Below are positions 30,554-39,949 of a DNA stretch of 64,000 nucleotides, piece after piece (the first letter of the stretch is position 1; the number at the start of each line of letters is the position of its first letter). The translations under genes and the position numbers were made by a program. The DNA comes from an uncultured Muribaculaceae bacterium (GTDB lineage: Bacteria > Pseudomonadota > Alphaproteobacteria > Rs-D84), in contig OZ246409.1 of the NCBI GenBank assembly GCA_965231035.1, positions 508,324-572,323 of the forward strand. Direction: 5' to 3'. Below the pieces are notes generated by a model. The model saw only the letters and a program-made list of their open reading frames with translations, did not search any database and was not told where the DNA came from.

Positions 30554-31429
30554 ATGTCGAAATTTGGATTAGGAAAAGGTTTAGCAGATTTAAAGGCGGA
30601 AATGGGCAATATTCCAGATATTTCTGTTTTAACTGGTGGTGAACGTGTTGCAGTAAGACAGATTCCATTGTCACAGATTGGTGCAAATCCGGACCAGCCT
30701 CGCAAGACTTTTACAGAATCAGAATTGCAAGAATTGGCAACATCAATTCGTGAAAAGGGTGTTTTACAACCAATTTTGCTGCGTGCGGTCAAAGACAAGC
30801 CATACAGCTATGAAATTGTTGCTGGTGAACGCCGTTTTCGTGCAAGTAAAATGGCTGGTTTAGTTGAAATCCCGGCTTTGGTTAAAACCATAACAAATGA
30901 AAATGCTATGGAGATAGCGCTGATTGAAAATGTTCAGCGTGAAAACCTAAACCCAATTGAAGAAGCCAATGCATATAAAAATTTGATGGAAAAATGTAAT
31001 TACGAATTGGATGATGTTTCACGTCTAATTGGTAAATCAGAAAGTTATATCAGAAATATTATGCGTCTGGATAATTTGCCAGAATCTGTTAAAATATTGG
31101 TAGAAAGTGGCGAATTGTCGGCTTCACATGCCCGTACAATTGCAGTTGCAGAAAATCCAGAAGAACTGGCACACGAAATTATTTCCAAGAAATTATCAGT
31201 TGCTGATACAGAAAAAAAAGTAAAAGATTCAATCAGATCATCAAAAAGCAGGGCCCATTCTTCAAATTCTATGGGTGCAGATAATATTAAGGAAATAGAA
31301 ACTAAAATAAAAAAATCCTTGGGGGTAAATGTAAAATTGCGTGAAAAAAAAGGTGGGGCAGGCGAAGTAATACTTTCTTTTGCGAATCGCATTCAAATGC
31401 AAGAATTAATAGAAAGACTTACAAAATAA
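30554..31429 (+). CDS. parB: Chromosome partitioning protein ParB
   Basis: ParB box GERRFRA, HTH region. Start at 30554 with SD AGGAAGAG. Confidence 0.9.
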   Translation: MSKFGLGKGLADLKAEMGNIPDISVLTGGERVAVRQIPLSQIGANPDQPRKTFTESELQELATSIREKGVLQPILLRAVKDKPYSYEIVAGERRFRASKMAGLVEIPALVKTITNENAMEIALIENVQRENLNPIEEANAYKNLMEKCNYELDDVSRLIGKSESYIRNIMRLDNLPESVKILVESGELSASHARTIAVAENPEELAHEIISKKLSVADTEKKVKDSIRSSKSRAHSSNSMGADNIKEIETKIKKSLGVNVKLREKKGGAGEVILSFANRIQMQELIERLTK

Positions 31430-31459
31430 AAAACCGGCAAAAAAGCCGGTTTTTTGTTA
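31430..31459. terminator. Bidirectional intrinsic terminator between parB and the macB-like permease (CCGGC-AAAAAA-GCCGG, A-run and U-run)
   Basis: Hairpin flanked by A6/T6. Confidence 0.75.
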
Positions 31460-31462
31460 TTT

Positions 31463-32680
31463 TTATTCGTATCGCAAGCTGTCAATCGGGTTTAATTTTG
31501 CAGCCTTGATTGCAGGCATAACACCAGATGCCAGTCCTACAATAATTGCCACACTTACAGATAATACAACCGGCCAAGCACTGAAAGGGACTTCATAATG
31601 TAAAATCAGGCGTCCGACACCCTGGGATAATCCAACACCCAAAATTAAGCCGAACATTGATCCAATAAATGAAATCATTATAGATTCTGATAAAAATTGA
31701 ATAATTATATGTTTTTCACGAGCACCAATGGCTTTACGTATGCCGATTTCCCTGGTTCTTTCGGCCACAGATACCAACATCATATTCATAATTCCAATAG
31801 AACCAACCAACAAAGAAACCCCTGCAATGGCTATTAACAGCAATTTCATATATCCAGTTACGGTATTCATAGTGTCCAGCATTTGCTTCATATCCATTAT
31901 TTGAAAATCATCAACATCGTCATCTTTTAATTTATGACGATCGCGAAGCAGGGTGGTTATTTGATCAGATACCAAAACATTATCAGCATCCGCATAAAGT
32001 TTTAATGTTATAAGACTAACAGCATCAGGAAAATGGCTGCCTTGCATACGTTTTTTCATTGTTGTGATTGGAATTATAACCATATCATCCTGACTGCCCA
32101 TTACTGAATCACCACGTTCTTTGGTCATTCCAATAACAACAAAAGGTGTGTTTTGGATACGAATAACTTCGCCCGTTGGATCATCTGGCATATTAAGCTG
32201 TTTTGCCGTTTCTGGACCAATAACAGCGTAAGTAGAGGCATTTCTGACCGCAGAGTCATCAAAAAATACACCCTTGGCAATTTCTAAGTTTTGAACGGTT
32301 GTGTATTCTGGATAAACACCAACCATTGATGAAGACCAATTTTTGTTGCCATAGATAATTTGAGCACCACTATTTTGGACAGGGGTGGCGGCTTCTATAT
32401 ACGGTAATTGTGCGATTGCTTCGGAATCTTGAATGGTCAAAGTTTGTCGATTTCCTGTACGAACACCTGAACTTTGTGCTGCGCCAGCTCTGACCATAAT
32501 TGTATTTGTTCCCAGTGAGGAAAACTGGTCATTAATTCTTTTCTGGACGGTTTCGCCAACTGCAACCATAATAACAACAGCCATAACGCCGATGATAATT
32601 CCCAAAACTGTCAAAAAAGACCGGACTTTATTTCCACTTATGGATAACCAAGATTCTTTTAAAATATCGTTAAATGTCAT
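31463..32680 (-). CDS. ABC transporter permease, MacB/FtsX family
   Basis: N-terminal TM, large periplasmic domain, C-terminal FtsX four-helix bundle. Overlaps the ATPase gene stop. Confidence 0.85.
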   Translation of the reverse strand: MTFNDILKESWLSISGNKVRSFLTVLGIIIGVMAVVIMVAVGETVQKRINDQFSSLGTNTIMVRAGAAQSSGVRTGNRQTLTIQDSEAIAQLPYIEAATPVQNSGAQIIYGNKNWSSSMVGVYPEYTTVQNLEIAKGVFFDDSAVRNASTYAVIGPETAKQLNMPDDPTGEVIRIQNTPFVVIGMTKERGDSVMGSQDDMVIIPITTMKKRMQGSHFPDAVSLITLKLYADADNVLVSDQITTLLRDRHKLKDDDVDDFQIMDMKQMLDTMNTVTGYMKLLLIAIAGVSLLVGSIGIMNMMLVSVAERTREIGIRKAIGAREKHIIIQFLSESIMISFIGSMFGLILGVGLSQGVGRLILHYEVPFSAWPVVLSVSVAIIVGLASGVMPAIKAAKLNPIDSLRYE

Positions 32681-33399
32681 GATAATGCCTTCTCGTCCTT
32701 TGGAACCTTGCCATCATAGGTTATATGCCCGTCCAAGATATGTATAAGTCTGTTCGAATATTTAGCAATATTGAATTCGTGAGTAATCATAACAATTGTT
32801 ATACCCATTTCACGGTTCAATTTTTCAAAGAATTTCAATATATCATTACCCATTTTGGTATCCAAAGCACCTGTGGGTTCGTCAGCCAAGATTAATTTTG
32901 GGTCACCAGCTAATGCACGCGCAATGGCAACACGTTGTTTCATTCCACCAGATAATTGTGTTGGTAAATAAGTTTCAAATTTTTCCAATTCTACGCGTTT
33001 TAGCATATCTCTTGCCCGTCTGACACGTTCATCTGTTGACAAACCTTTATACATTAAAGGTAACATAACATTGTCTAAAACAGACCTTTTTGGAAGCAGG
33101 TTAAAGTTCTGAAAAACAAACCCGATATATTCATTCCTGACAAGTGCTAGTTCATCAGCAGTAAGGTTGGTAACATCTTTGTCATAAAGCTTGTATGTGC
33201 CAGAACTAGGCGTATCCAGTGCACCAATAATATTCATACAGGTTGATTTACCGCTTCCGCTGGGTCCCATAATTGATACAAATTCACCGGCTTTGATATC
33301 AAAGTTTATATCGAATAAAACTTGCTCGCTGCCGCCCATTTCAACAGGAAAGCTTTTACAGATTTTCTTTAAAGAAATTATATTTTTAGATGTTTGCAT
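32677..33399 (-). CDS. ABC transporter ATP-binding protein (MacB/LolD-type)
   Basis: Walker A GPSGSGKST, signature LSGGMKQR, Walker B ILADEPTGALD. Confidence 0.9.
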   Translation of the reverse strand: MQTSKNIISLKKICKSFPVEMGGSEQVLFDINFDIKAGEFVSIMGPSGSGKSTCMNIIGALDTPSSGTYKLYDKDVTNLTADELALVRNEYIGFVFQNFNLLPKRSVLDNVMLPLMYKGLSTDERVRRARDMLKRVELEKFETYLPTQLSGGMKQRVAIARALAGDPKLILADEPTGALDTKMGNDILKFFEKLNREMGITIVMITHEFNIAKYSNRLIHILDGHITYDGKVPKDEKALS

Positions 33400-33410
33400 A
33401 AATTAATCCA

Positions 33411-34589
33411 TTACATTGGACCGCCGCCAGGACCGCCGCCGCCGCCCATATTACTGGTTTTAGAAGCAGTTTTACCCAGAACACCGGTTATAACCTTGTC
33501 CCCATCTTTTAAATCTTTGGAAACAAGTTCAGTTTCTGTTGATGTTGTAAGCCCTTTGGTATAAGCAACCAAAACAACAGAATTATTACGTTCTATGGGT
33601 AAATGTGTTTTAGGGGTGGCTGAACCAGGTTTGGAAACTATACCTTCAAAATTTCTAAGCAAAAATGCCGAGTTCGAAACACGTAAAACATCTTTTTTAT
33701 CTTCAATAATAATTGTTACGAATGCGGTCATTCCTGGCATCAAGCGCATATCTGAATTATCAACATCAATAACAACTGTGTAAACAACAACATTTGAAGT
33801 TGTTGTTGGCGAAAGTCTTATTTGACGGACATTTCCACTGAAAGTCTGTGTTGGATAAGCATCAACTGTAAAAGTAACTGGCAGGCCTTCTTTTATCATT
33901 CCAATATCGGCCTCGGACACAGAAGTTTCAATTTGCATTTTTGATAAATCTTCAGCAATTTCAAACAAATCAGGCGTTTGAAAAGAAGCAGCAACAGTTT
34001 GACCCTTATCAACCTTTCGGGCTATGACAGTGCCATCAACAGGCGATTTAATAGTTGCATAATCTAAATTTGTTGCAGCGCGTTCATATTCGGACTTTGC
34101 ACGTTTTACAGATTGTTCAGCTTGTTCGTATGTTGTTTGAGACTGTTCCAGTTCTGCCCTGGCGATAAAACCGTCTGAATAAAGAGATTTATTTCGAGTA
34201 TATTCGTTTTTGGCGTAATTGCGCTGAGATTCGCTGCTTAATAAAGAGGCTTTGGCCTCAGCTACGTTTGCTTTTAGTACCGAAGGGTCAATAGTAAGCA
34301 ATATATCGCCTTTTTTAACCTTGGAATTATAATCTACATAGATTTTTTGAATTGTTCCACTGACTTGGGATCCAACATTTACAGTATTTACAGGTTTTAT
34401 TTCACCTGTGGCTGTTACAACCTGGCGAAGTTCGCCACGGGATACACTGACAGTTGCAAACTTAGAAGATGTTTGATCCTTATTACCACTTGATATCAAA
34501 GACCAGCCAACAATAATCACCAAAATGGTGATTAACCACCATTTTTTTCTCTTAATCCAAGCTACAAACGTATTAGATTCTTTTATCAT
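33411..34589 (-). CDS. Periplasmic adaptor (HlyD/MacA family membrane-fusion protein) with Gly/Pro-rich C-terminal tail
   Basis: N-terminal TM, coiled-coil hairpin, biotinyl/lipoyl-like and beta-barrel domains. Ends in ...GGGGGPGGGPM. Confidence 0.85.
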   Translation of the reverse strand: MIKESNTFVAWIKRKKWWLITILVIIVGWSLISSGNKDQTSSKFATVSVSRGELRQVVTATGEIKPVNTVNVGSQVSGTIQKIYVDYNSKVKKGDILLTIDPSVLKANVAEAKASLLSSESQRNYAKNEYTRNKSLYSDGFIARAELEQSQTTYEQAEQSVKRAKSEYERAATNLDYATIKSPVDGTVIARKVDKGQTVAASFQTPDLFEIAEDLSKMQIETSVSEADIGMIKEGLPVTFTVDAYPTQTFSGNVRQIRLSPTTTSNVVVYTVVIDVDNSDMRLMPGMTAFVTIIIEDKKDVLRVSNSAFLLRNFEGIVSKPGSATPKTHLPIERNNSVVLVAYTKGLTTSTETELVSKDLKDGDKVITGVLGKTASKTSNMGGGGGPGGGPM

Positions 34590-35902
34590 TTTGTCACCTT
34601 ATCCAGTTCAGATTTTATATCACCAATAGCTAATGCCACAGCGGCACGTTTTGTAAACAAATCGTATCTGGCAGCATTGTGTTCTTTTTGGGCATCCGCT
34701 AAATCGGCCTGGGCTGTTTGCCAATCCAGCATGGTTGCACGTCCAACTTTATACATTCCAGCTGTGACACGTTCGCTTTCTGTTGCGGATTTTAATAATA
34801 TTTCAGTCTGGGATAAAACATTCTGGGCGGTTTTATAATTTTGATACGCTGTGAACACATCCAGCGTGGCTGCATCAGATGTTGCTCTTTCTTGGGCCTG
34901 TGCACGTTCATAAGTGGCGTTTGCACTGCGAACCCCATACATATTAGCAAAACCAGCAAATATTGGCATAGATGCACGAATTCCAATACTGCCGCTGTAA
35001 CGGCTGTTTGCAGGGTCATATGTATCCGGTGATGGGTTATAAGATACAGTTCCAGTTGCAGATATACTTGGTAAATTTTTCAAAAATGTCGAGTTTCTAC
35101 GATGCCAAGCAGCCTCGCGATTAGCGGTGGCACTAAGCAGATCAGGTCGGGTTTTCTTTGCTTGGTCAATAAGGTCATCAATACTTTTGTTTTCGGTACT
35201 TTTTCCAAAATCTGATGGCATATCAGAAATTTTAATATCCTGGTCAGCAGAGAATGAAAGTTTTGAAAGTAATGTTCCCTTGGCAATTTCACGATTATTT
35301 TTTGCCTTTTCTACTTCCAGAATACGAGTAGCAAGTGAAGTATCTGCTTTTAATACATCAGCCCGTGCCACTGCACCAGCTTTGAATTTTTTATCTGCTG
35401 TGTCGCGGGCAGTTTGTGCAGCGGTTTTTAATGCCTGAGCTGTTACAACGTCTGCATTCGCGTTAAGCAACGAATAATAAGAACCAATAATACCATAAAC
35501 ATAATTTTGAACAGATTCGTCATAATCGAAACCAGTGGCGCGCCATGTTGCAGCCAAAGTATTTAAATCTTCTAATCTTTTTCCAAAATCAAAAATCAAA
35601 TAAGACGCCGATAAAGAAGCACCCTTTGACCAATCGTCCCATTCACGATTTTGATAATTTTTTGTTGCTGAAACAGATGCGCTTACACTGGGTAAGTATT
35701 CTGCATAACCAGCATTTTTGTTTAATCTGGCTGCTTCGGATGAAAGATAAGCAGCGGAAGTTGTTGGATTTCTGCATAATCCCAGTTCAATTACTTGCTG
35801 TAAAGACAGCTCGCCCGATGGGACATTCTTTATGGATAAACAATCATCATAAGCAAATGCGACAGAAGGCAAAAAGCAAAATGCCAAAATTATTTTCTTC
35901 AT
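34586..35902 (-). CDS. TolC-family outer-membrane efflux channel
   Basis: Signal peptide, two-repeat TolC/OEP architecture. First gene of the tolC-macA-ABC-permease operon. Confidence 0.85.
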   Translation of the reverse strand: MKKIILAFCFLPSVAFAYDDCLSIKNVPSGELSLQQVIELGLCRNPTTSAAYLSSEAARLNKNAGYAEYLPSVSASVSATKNYQNREWDDWSKGASLSASYLIFDFGKRLEDLNTLAATWRATGFDYDESVQNYVYGIIGSYYSLLNANADVVTAQALKTAAQTARDTADKKFKAGAVARADVLKADTSLATRILEVEKAKNNREIAKGTLLSKLSFSADQDIKISDMPSDFGKSTENKSIDDLIDQAKKTRPDLLSATANREAAWHRRNSTFLKNLPSISATGTVSYNPSPDTYDPANSRYSGSIGIRASMPIFAGFANMYGVRSANATYERAQAQERATSDAATLDVFTAYQNYKTAQNVLSQTEILLKSATESERVTAGMYKVGRATMLDWQTAQADLADAQKEHNAARYDLFTKRAAVALAIGDIKSELDKVTK

Positions 35903-35972
35903 TTTCTACTCTCTCATCTTCGTATTATATCACAATTTGTTGAATTTTTATCGAATTTTTGAAATTTTTCAG

Positions 35973-36001
35973 TTGAATTTCATTTATATATTGCCTAGTA
36001 T
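35973..36001 (+). promoter_or_regulatory. Candidate sigma-70 promoter for tRNA-Cys (TTGAAT-17 nt-TAGTAT), preceded by phased T-tracts
   Basis: Hexamer spacing read directly from the sequence; ~15 nt 5' of the tRNA. Confidence 0.35.
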
Positions 36002-36016
36002 TGTTTCGCAAATGAT

Positions 36017-36090
36017 GGCTCGGTGGCAGAGTGGTTATGCAGAGGACTGCAAATCCTTGTATGCCGGTTCGATTCCGACCCGGGCCTCCA
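36017..36090 (+). tRNA. tRNA-Cys (anticodon GCA)
   Basis: GGCTCGG/TGGCAGAGTGGTTATGCA/anticodon loop CTGCAAA/TΨC-loop TTCGATT/CCGGGCC-T-CCA. One non-canonical pair in the T-stem as I read it. Confidence 0.75.
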
Positions 36091-36097
36091 AATTCAG

Positions 36098-36171
36098 GTT
36101 TAAGATTTGAGATTTAAGGTTGAAAGTAAAATTATAAATTTCCTCAAACCTTAAATCTCAAACCCTAAAAC
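36098..36171 (+). repeat. Long imperfect inverted repeat (about 22-bp arms, 25-nt loop) between tRNA-Cys and the recF start
   Basis: GGTTTAAGATTTGAGATTTAAGGTT ... AACCTTAAATCTCAAACCCTAAAAC. The 3' arm ends 2 nt before the recF ATG. Confidence 0.6.
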
Positions 36172-36172
36172 T

Positions 36173-37246
36173 ATGATTAATTCTCTAATTCTTACCGATT
36201 TCAGAAACCATGCATCCAGTCGCGTGAATGTTGAAAATTCAAAAAATATAATAATTACTGGACCAAATGGATCCGGGAAAACTGCAATACTGGAAGCTAT
36301 ATCAATGTTATCAGGTGATCGTGGTATGCGTGGTGCCACAATGTCCGAGATTGCACGTTTTGATGGTTCTGGTGGATTTAATATTTTTGCGAATTTAGAA
36401 GATGAAACCGAGATTGCAGTTTTCTTTGCAAAAGATGATTCGAATCGTCATGCAAAGATAGATAAAGACAATTCACCGCTTTCGGAACTGGCATCCAGGC
36501 TAAGTATTGTTTGGTTAACCCCAAAAGAAGACAGGTTATTTGTGGATTCTGCATCAGACAGACGCACTTTTTTTGACAGATTAATCGCCAGCTTTGATGC
36601 GCCACATTCTGGTCGTGTGGCCAGGTTAGGGAAATTGCTTTCGGAACGGGCTTTTGCATTAAAAAGCAGGGCGGATGATAATTGGTTGCGGGCCTTAGAA
36701 ACACAAATTGCAGGAATTTCTGTTGCTGTTGTGGCGGCACGTATCAGATATGCAGCCGAAATAAATTATTTTTTAGAAAGCAGTGCAATATCTGTATGCG
36801 GTCAGATTGAAACTTTGTTGCTAAACAGTTCGTCTGCAGATGCAGAAAAAGAATACTTGAAATATTTGTCAGAAAACCGTGGGTTACAAGGTGACAAAAT
36901 GGTAATAGACGGCGCGCATAAATCTGATTTTGGTGTTTTTAACAAAGTTTTAAACTTGCCTGTGTCACTTACCAGCACGGGTCAGCAGAAATCAGTGCTT
37001 ATTGATTTGATATTGGCACATTCAAAATTAATCAGAACCAAGACTGGTAAAACACCAATTGTTTTATTAGACGAAGCAGCGGCACATCTGGATTCAACTG
37101 CCAGAGAAAGGCTTTTTAATGAATTAGGTGCGGTCGATGCCCAGGTTTGGGCAACAGGTTTGGAACCAGAAGTTTTTAAATCTTGTAAGAACGCCGTATT
37201 TGTTTCTTGCAAGGATGGTAAAATTTTTAATATACTGGAATCATGA
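36173..37246 (+). CDS. recF: DNA replication and repair protein RecF
   Basis: Walker A GPNGSGKT, SMC-like signature and Walker B/D-loop at the C-terminus (LLDEAAAHLD). Confidence 0.88.
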   Translation: MINSLILTDFRNHASSRVNVENSKNIIITGPNGSGKTAILEAISMLSGDRGMRGATMSEIARFDGSGGFNIFANLEDETEIAVFFAKDDSNRHAKIDKDNSPLSELASRLSIVWLTPKEDRLFVDSASDRRTFFDRLIASFDAPHSGRVARLGKLLSERAFALKSRADDNWLRALETQIAGISVAVVAARIRYAAEINYFLESSAISVCGQIETLLLNSSSADAEKEYLKYLSENRGLQGDKMVIDGAHKSDFGVFNKVLNLPVSLTSTGQQKSVLIDLILAHSKLIRTKTGKTPIVLLDEAAAHLDSTARERLFNELGAVDAQVWATGLEPEVFKSCKNAVFVSCKDGKIFNILES

Positions 37247-37710
37247 AAAAAATAGATTATCAAAAATTATTAGATAACGCTCTGAAATCTGTTGTAAAAG
37301 ATGCGCTGGTTCATGCACAATTTAATGGGTTAGGTGATGGTGCGCACTTTTTTATTACTTTCAAGACACGCGATCCCGGTGTTGTACTGCCAGATTTTCT
37401 GCGTATGAGATACCCAGACATCATGACAATTGTTTTGCAGTATTCTTATAACAATCTGAATGTATCCGAAAAAGAGTTTGGCGTTCAATTGACTTTTGAT
37501 GGTCGTCCGTTCTTTATTCGCGTGCCTTATTCCTCATTGATTGAATTCAAAGACCCCAGCGTGGACTTTATGTTGTCTTTTCATCCAAAAGGTTCACAAT
37601 CTGCGGGAAATGATATGGAATTGCCCTTGGGCGAAGAGAAAGCAAACACAGATGATAAAAGAGTAGTAAGCTTTGATGATTTCAGAAAGAAAAAGACAGA
37701 TAAAAAATAA
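37243..37710 (+). CDS. sspB: ClpXP adaptor SspB (alphaproteobacterial type), probable
   Basis: Resembles SspB-alpha (…HFFITFKTRDPGVVLPDF…YPDIMTIVLQ…), with an acidic/basic disordered tail. Overlaps the recF stop by 4 nt. Confidence 0.55.
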   Translation: MKKIDYQKLLDNALKSVVKDALVHAQFNGLGDGAHFFITFKTRDPGVVLPDFLRMRYPDIMTIVLQYSYNNLNVSEKEFGVQLTFDGRPFFIRVPYSSLIEFKDPSVDFMLSFHPKGSQSAGNDMELPLGEEKANTDDKRVVSFDDFRKKKTDKK

Positions 37711-37735
37711 AAACCGCCGTTTGGCGGTTTTTTAA
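37711..37735. terminator. Bidirectional intrinsic terminator between sspB and accC (CCGCCG-UU-UGGCGG)
   Basis: Hairpin flanked by AAAA/TTTTTT. Confidence 0.8.
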
Positions 37736-39129
37736 TATTCTTCGTTCTTTTCTTTTTCTTCTTGTGCGGCTTCGGCCTGGGCATCTGAATTTTTCAAGAA
37801 AGTTTCCAGCCAATGGTTGTCAAAAGCCAAAGTTTTAACATCTTTATTCTTTAACAATCTTTGTTGCAATGGAATGGTTGTTTTTATACCTTCTATGACA
37901 AATTCTTCCAATGCGCGTTGTGCACGCATAATACATTGAGGACGATTTGGTGCATAAATAATCAATTTTGCAATCATTGAATCATAGGTAGGTGGAATCA
38001 CATAACCAGTATAAACAGCAGAATCAACACGAACACCCAATCCACCAGATGGTGCATAAAGTGTTATTTTTCCAGGATTTGGAATAAATGTTTCTGGGTC
38101 TTCGGCATTAATTCTGAATTCAATTGCATGACCACTGGCGACTATATTAGCCTGGGTATAACCCAATTTTTCACCATCGGCAATACGAATTTGTTCACGA
38201 ACCAAGTCTATTCCATAAACCATTTCGGTTACAGGATGTTCCACTTGTAAACGTGTATTCATTTCCAAGAAATAGAATTTACCGTCCTCGAACATAAATT
38301 CAAACGTTCCCGCGTTGGTATATCCCATCTTTTTTGCTGCGGTTTTACAAACCTCAATCATATCGTCGCGTTGCTTTTGTGTCAGGGCAGCAGCTGGGCA
38401 TTCTTCCATAACTTTTTGATTTTTGCGTTGCAAAGAACAATCGCGTTCACCAAATATTACAACACTGCCATGTTGGTCGCCTAAAACTTGGAATTCAATA
38501 TGACGTGGGTGCAGCAACAATTTTTCCATATACAAAGTATCGTCGCCAAATCCGGCGCGTGCTTCGTTTTTGGTCATCTGAAAAGCTTCTGGCATTTCGG
38601 AAGCATTCATAATTGGACGCATACCTTTGCCACCACCACCTGCAGACGCTTTTAACATGACTGGATAACCAATTTTTTCAGCCCAATGAAGTGCTTCTTC
38701 CAGTGATTCAACAGCACCATCTGATCCTGGCACAACAGGTAAACCGCATTCAATAGCTGTTTTTTTGGCATTAACTTTGTCGCCCATTTTAACAATCATT
38801 TCTGCATTTGGTCCAATCCAAATTAATCCGTGTTGTTCAACTTTTTCAACAAAGCCTGCACGTTCTGATAAAAATCCATATCCAGGGTGAATTGCATCTG
38901 CATTTGTTAATAAAGCAGCAGTTAAAATTGCAGATTCGTTTAAATAAGAATCTTTGGCTGGACCAGGTCCGATACAAACAGCTTCGTCCGCCAAGTGAAC
39001 ATGGGTTGCGTTTTTATCAACAGTTGAATGAACCGCAACAGTTCGTATTCCCATATCACGACAGGCACGTATAACACGCAGAGCAATTTCCCCGCGATTA
39101 GCGATTAGTACTTTTTTGATTTTTTGCAT
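37732..39129 (-). CDS. accC: Acetyl-CoA carboxylase biotin carboxylase subunit
   Basis: ATP-grasp biotin carboxylase: KVLIANRGEIA, GGGGKGMR, EMNTRLQVEHPVTE. Confidence 0.93.
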   Translation of the reverse strand: MQKIKKVLIANRGEIALRVIRACRDMGIRTVAVHSTVDKNATHVHLADEAVCIGPGPAKDSYLNESAILTAALLTNADAIHPGYGFLSERAGFVEKVEQHGLIWIGPNAEMIVKMGDKVNAKKTAIECGLPVVPGSDGAVESLEEALHWAEKIGYPVMLKASAGGGGKGMRPIMNASEMPEAFQMTKNEARAGFGDDTLYMEKLLLHPRHIEFQVLGDQHGSVVIFGERDCSLQRKNQKVMEECPAAALTQKQRDDMIEVCKTAAKKMGYTNAGTFEFMFEDGKFYFLEMNTRLQVEHPVTEMVYGIDLVREQIRIADGEKLGYTQANIVASGHAIEFRINAEDPETFIPNPGKITLYAPSGGLGVRVDSAVYTGYVIPPTYDSMIAKLIIYAPNRPQCIMRAQRALEEFVIEGIKTTIPLQQRLLKNKDVKTLAFDNHWLETFLKNSDAQAEAAQEEKEKNEEY

Positions 39130-39146
39130 GTTTATACCATTAAATC

Positions 39147-39614
39147 TTATTCAATGATGATCAAAGGTTGGTCAAATTCGACTGCCTGACCATCTGTGAT
39201 TAATATTTCTTTCACAGTGCCGTCACGATCGGCCTTAATAGGGTTAAATGTTTTCATAGCTTCAATCAAAACAACAGTATCACCGGTTTTAATTGTGCTA
39301 CCCACTGATGTAAATGTTTTTGCGCCAGGTTCTGGGGCCAAATATGCAACACCAACCATTGGAGATTTTAAAGCAAATCCACATGTTTTACCAGGTTCTG
39401 GTGTGCAGACAGCTTCTTCGGTTTTTGCCTTGATCGGCGCTGCTGTTGGAAAACTTGGCATGGCAGCAGTTGCAATAATGTTATTTTGTTTTGATAAATG
39501 AATATGTTTGCGATAAACGCCAAACAAAAACTGTCTTTCAAGATCTAATTCGGTTATTCCCATTTCATCCATAATTTTTGACATGGATTCAACAGTTGAA
39601 CGAAAAGATGACAT
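39147..39614 (-). CDS. accB: Biotin carboxyl carrier protein of acetyl-CoA carboxylase
   Basis: C-terminal biotinyl domain EAMKTFN (biotinyl-Lys in AMK). Start placed at the internal ATG at 39614, which has SD AAGGA; the longer ORF would overlap yidD. Confidence 0.88.
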   Translation of the reverse strand: MSSFRSTVESMSKIMDEMGITELDLERQFLFGVYRKHIHLSKQNNIIATAAMPSFPTAAPIKAKTEEAVCTPEPGKTCGFALKSPMVGVAYLAPEPGAKTFTSVGSTIKTGDTVVLIEAMKTFNPIKADRDGTVKEILITDGQAVEFDQPLIIIE

Positions 39615-39682
39615 CTTATATCCTTTTAAAAGGTTAAACTTAAAATAGTGCAGAGAGAATTGTAGCACAAACAGGTCAGATG

Positions 39683-39949
39683 TCAAGGGACCGGGTCGTA
39701 ACCAAAACCACCCTTTGGGTGACAACGTGAAATTCTTTTTAGACCCATAACACCGCCGCGGATTATTCCATATTTAGCAATTGCTTGTTTTGTATATTCG
39801 CTGCAGGTCGGTGTAAATCGACAAGCTGCCTTGCCCCCAGTAAAAGGCGATATTCCTGCCTGATAAATATCGATAATAACAGCTGCAATTTTGCGAATCG
39901 TGCGTGAAACAGGGTCAATTTTTTTAATATTATTTTGATTCAGGGTCAT
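39683..39949 (-). CDS. yidD: Membrane protein insertion efficiency factor YidD
   Basis: Conserved YidD motif Y.AGISP..G..CRF.PTCS.Y. Overlaps the rnpA stop. Confidence 0.85.
   Translation of the reverse strand: MTLNQNNIKKIDPVSRTIRKIAAVIIDIYQAGISPFTGGKAACRFTPTCSEYTKQAIAKYGIIRGGVMGLKRISRCHPKGGFGYDPVP

Noticed and set aside
29665-31429. Search for parS (TGTTTCACGTGAAACA) near parAB
   Set aside because: Only a half-site-like ATGTTTCACGTCTAAT inside parB (~31010) was seen, with no full palindrome. I cannot call a parS site.
36151-36339. 62-aa minus-strand ORF overlapping the tRNA-Cys/recF hairpin and the recF start
   Set aside because: It overlaps a structured non-coding element and the recF N-terminus, and has no SD or conserved features.
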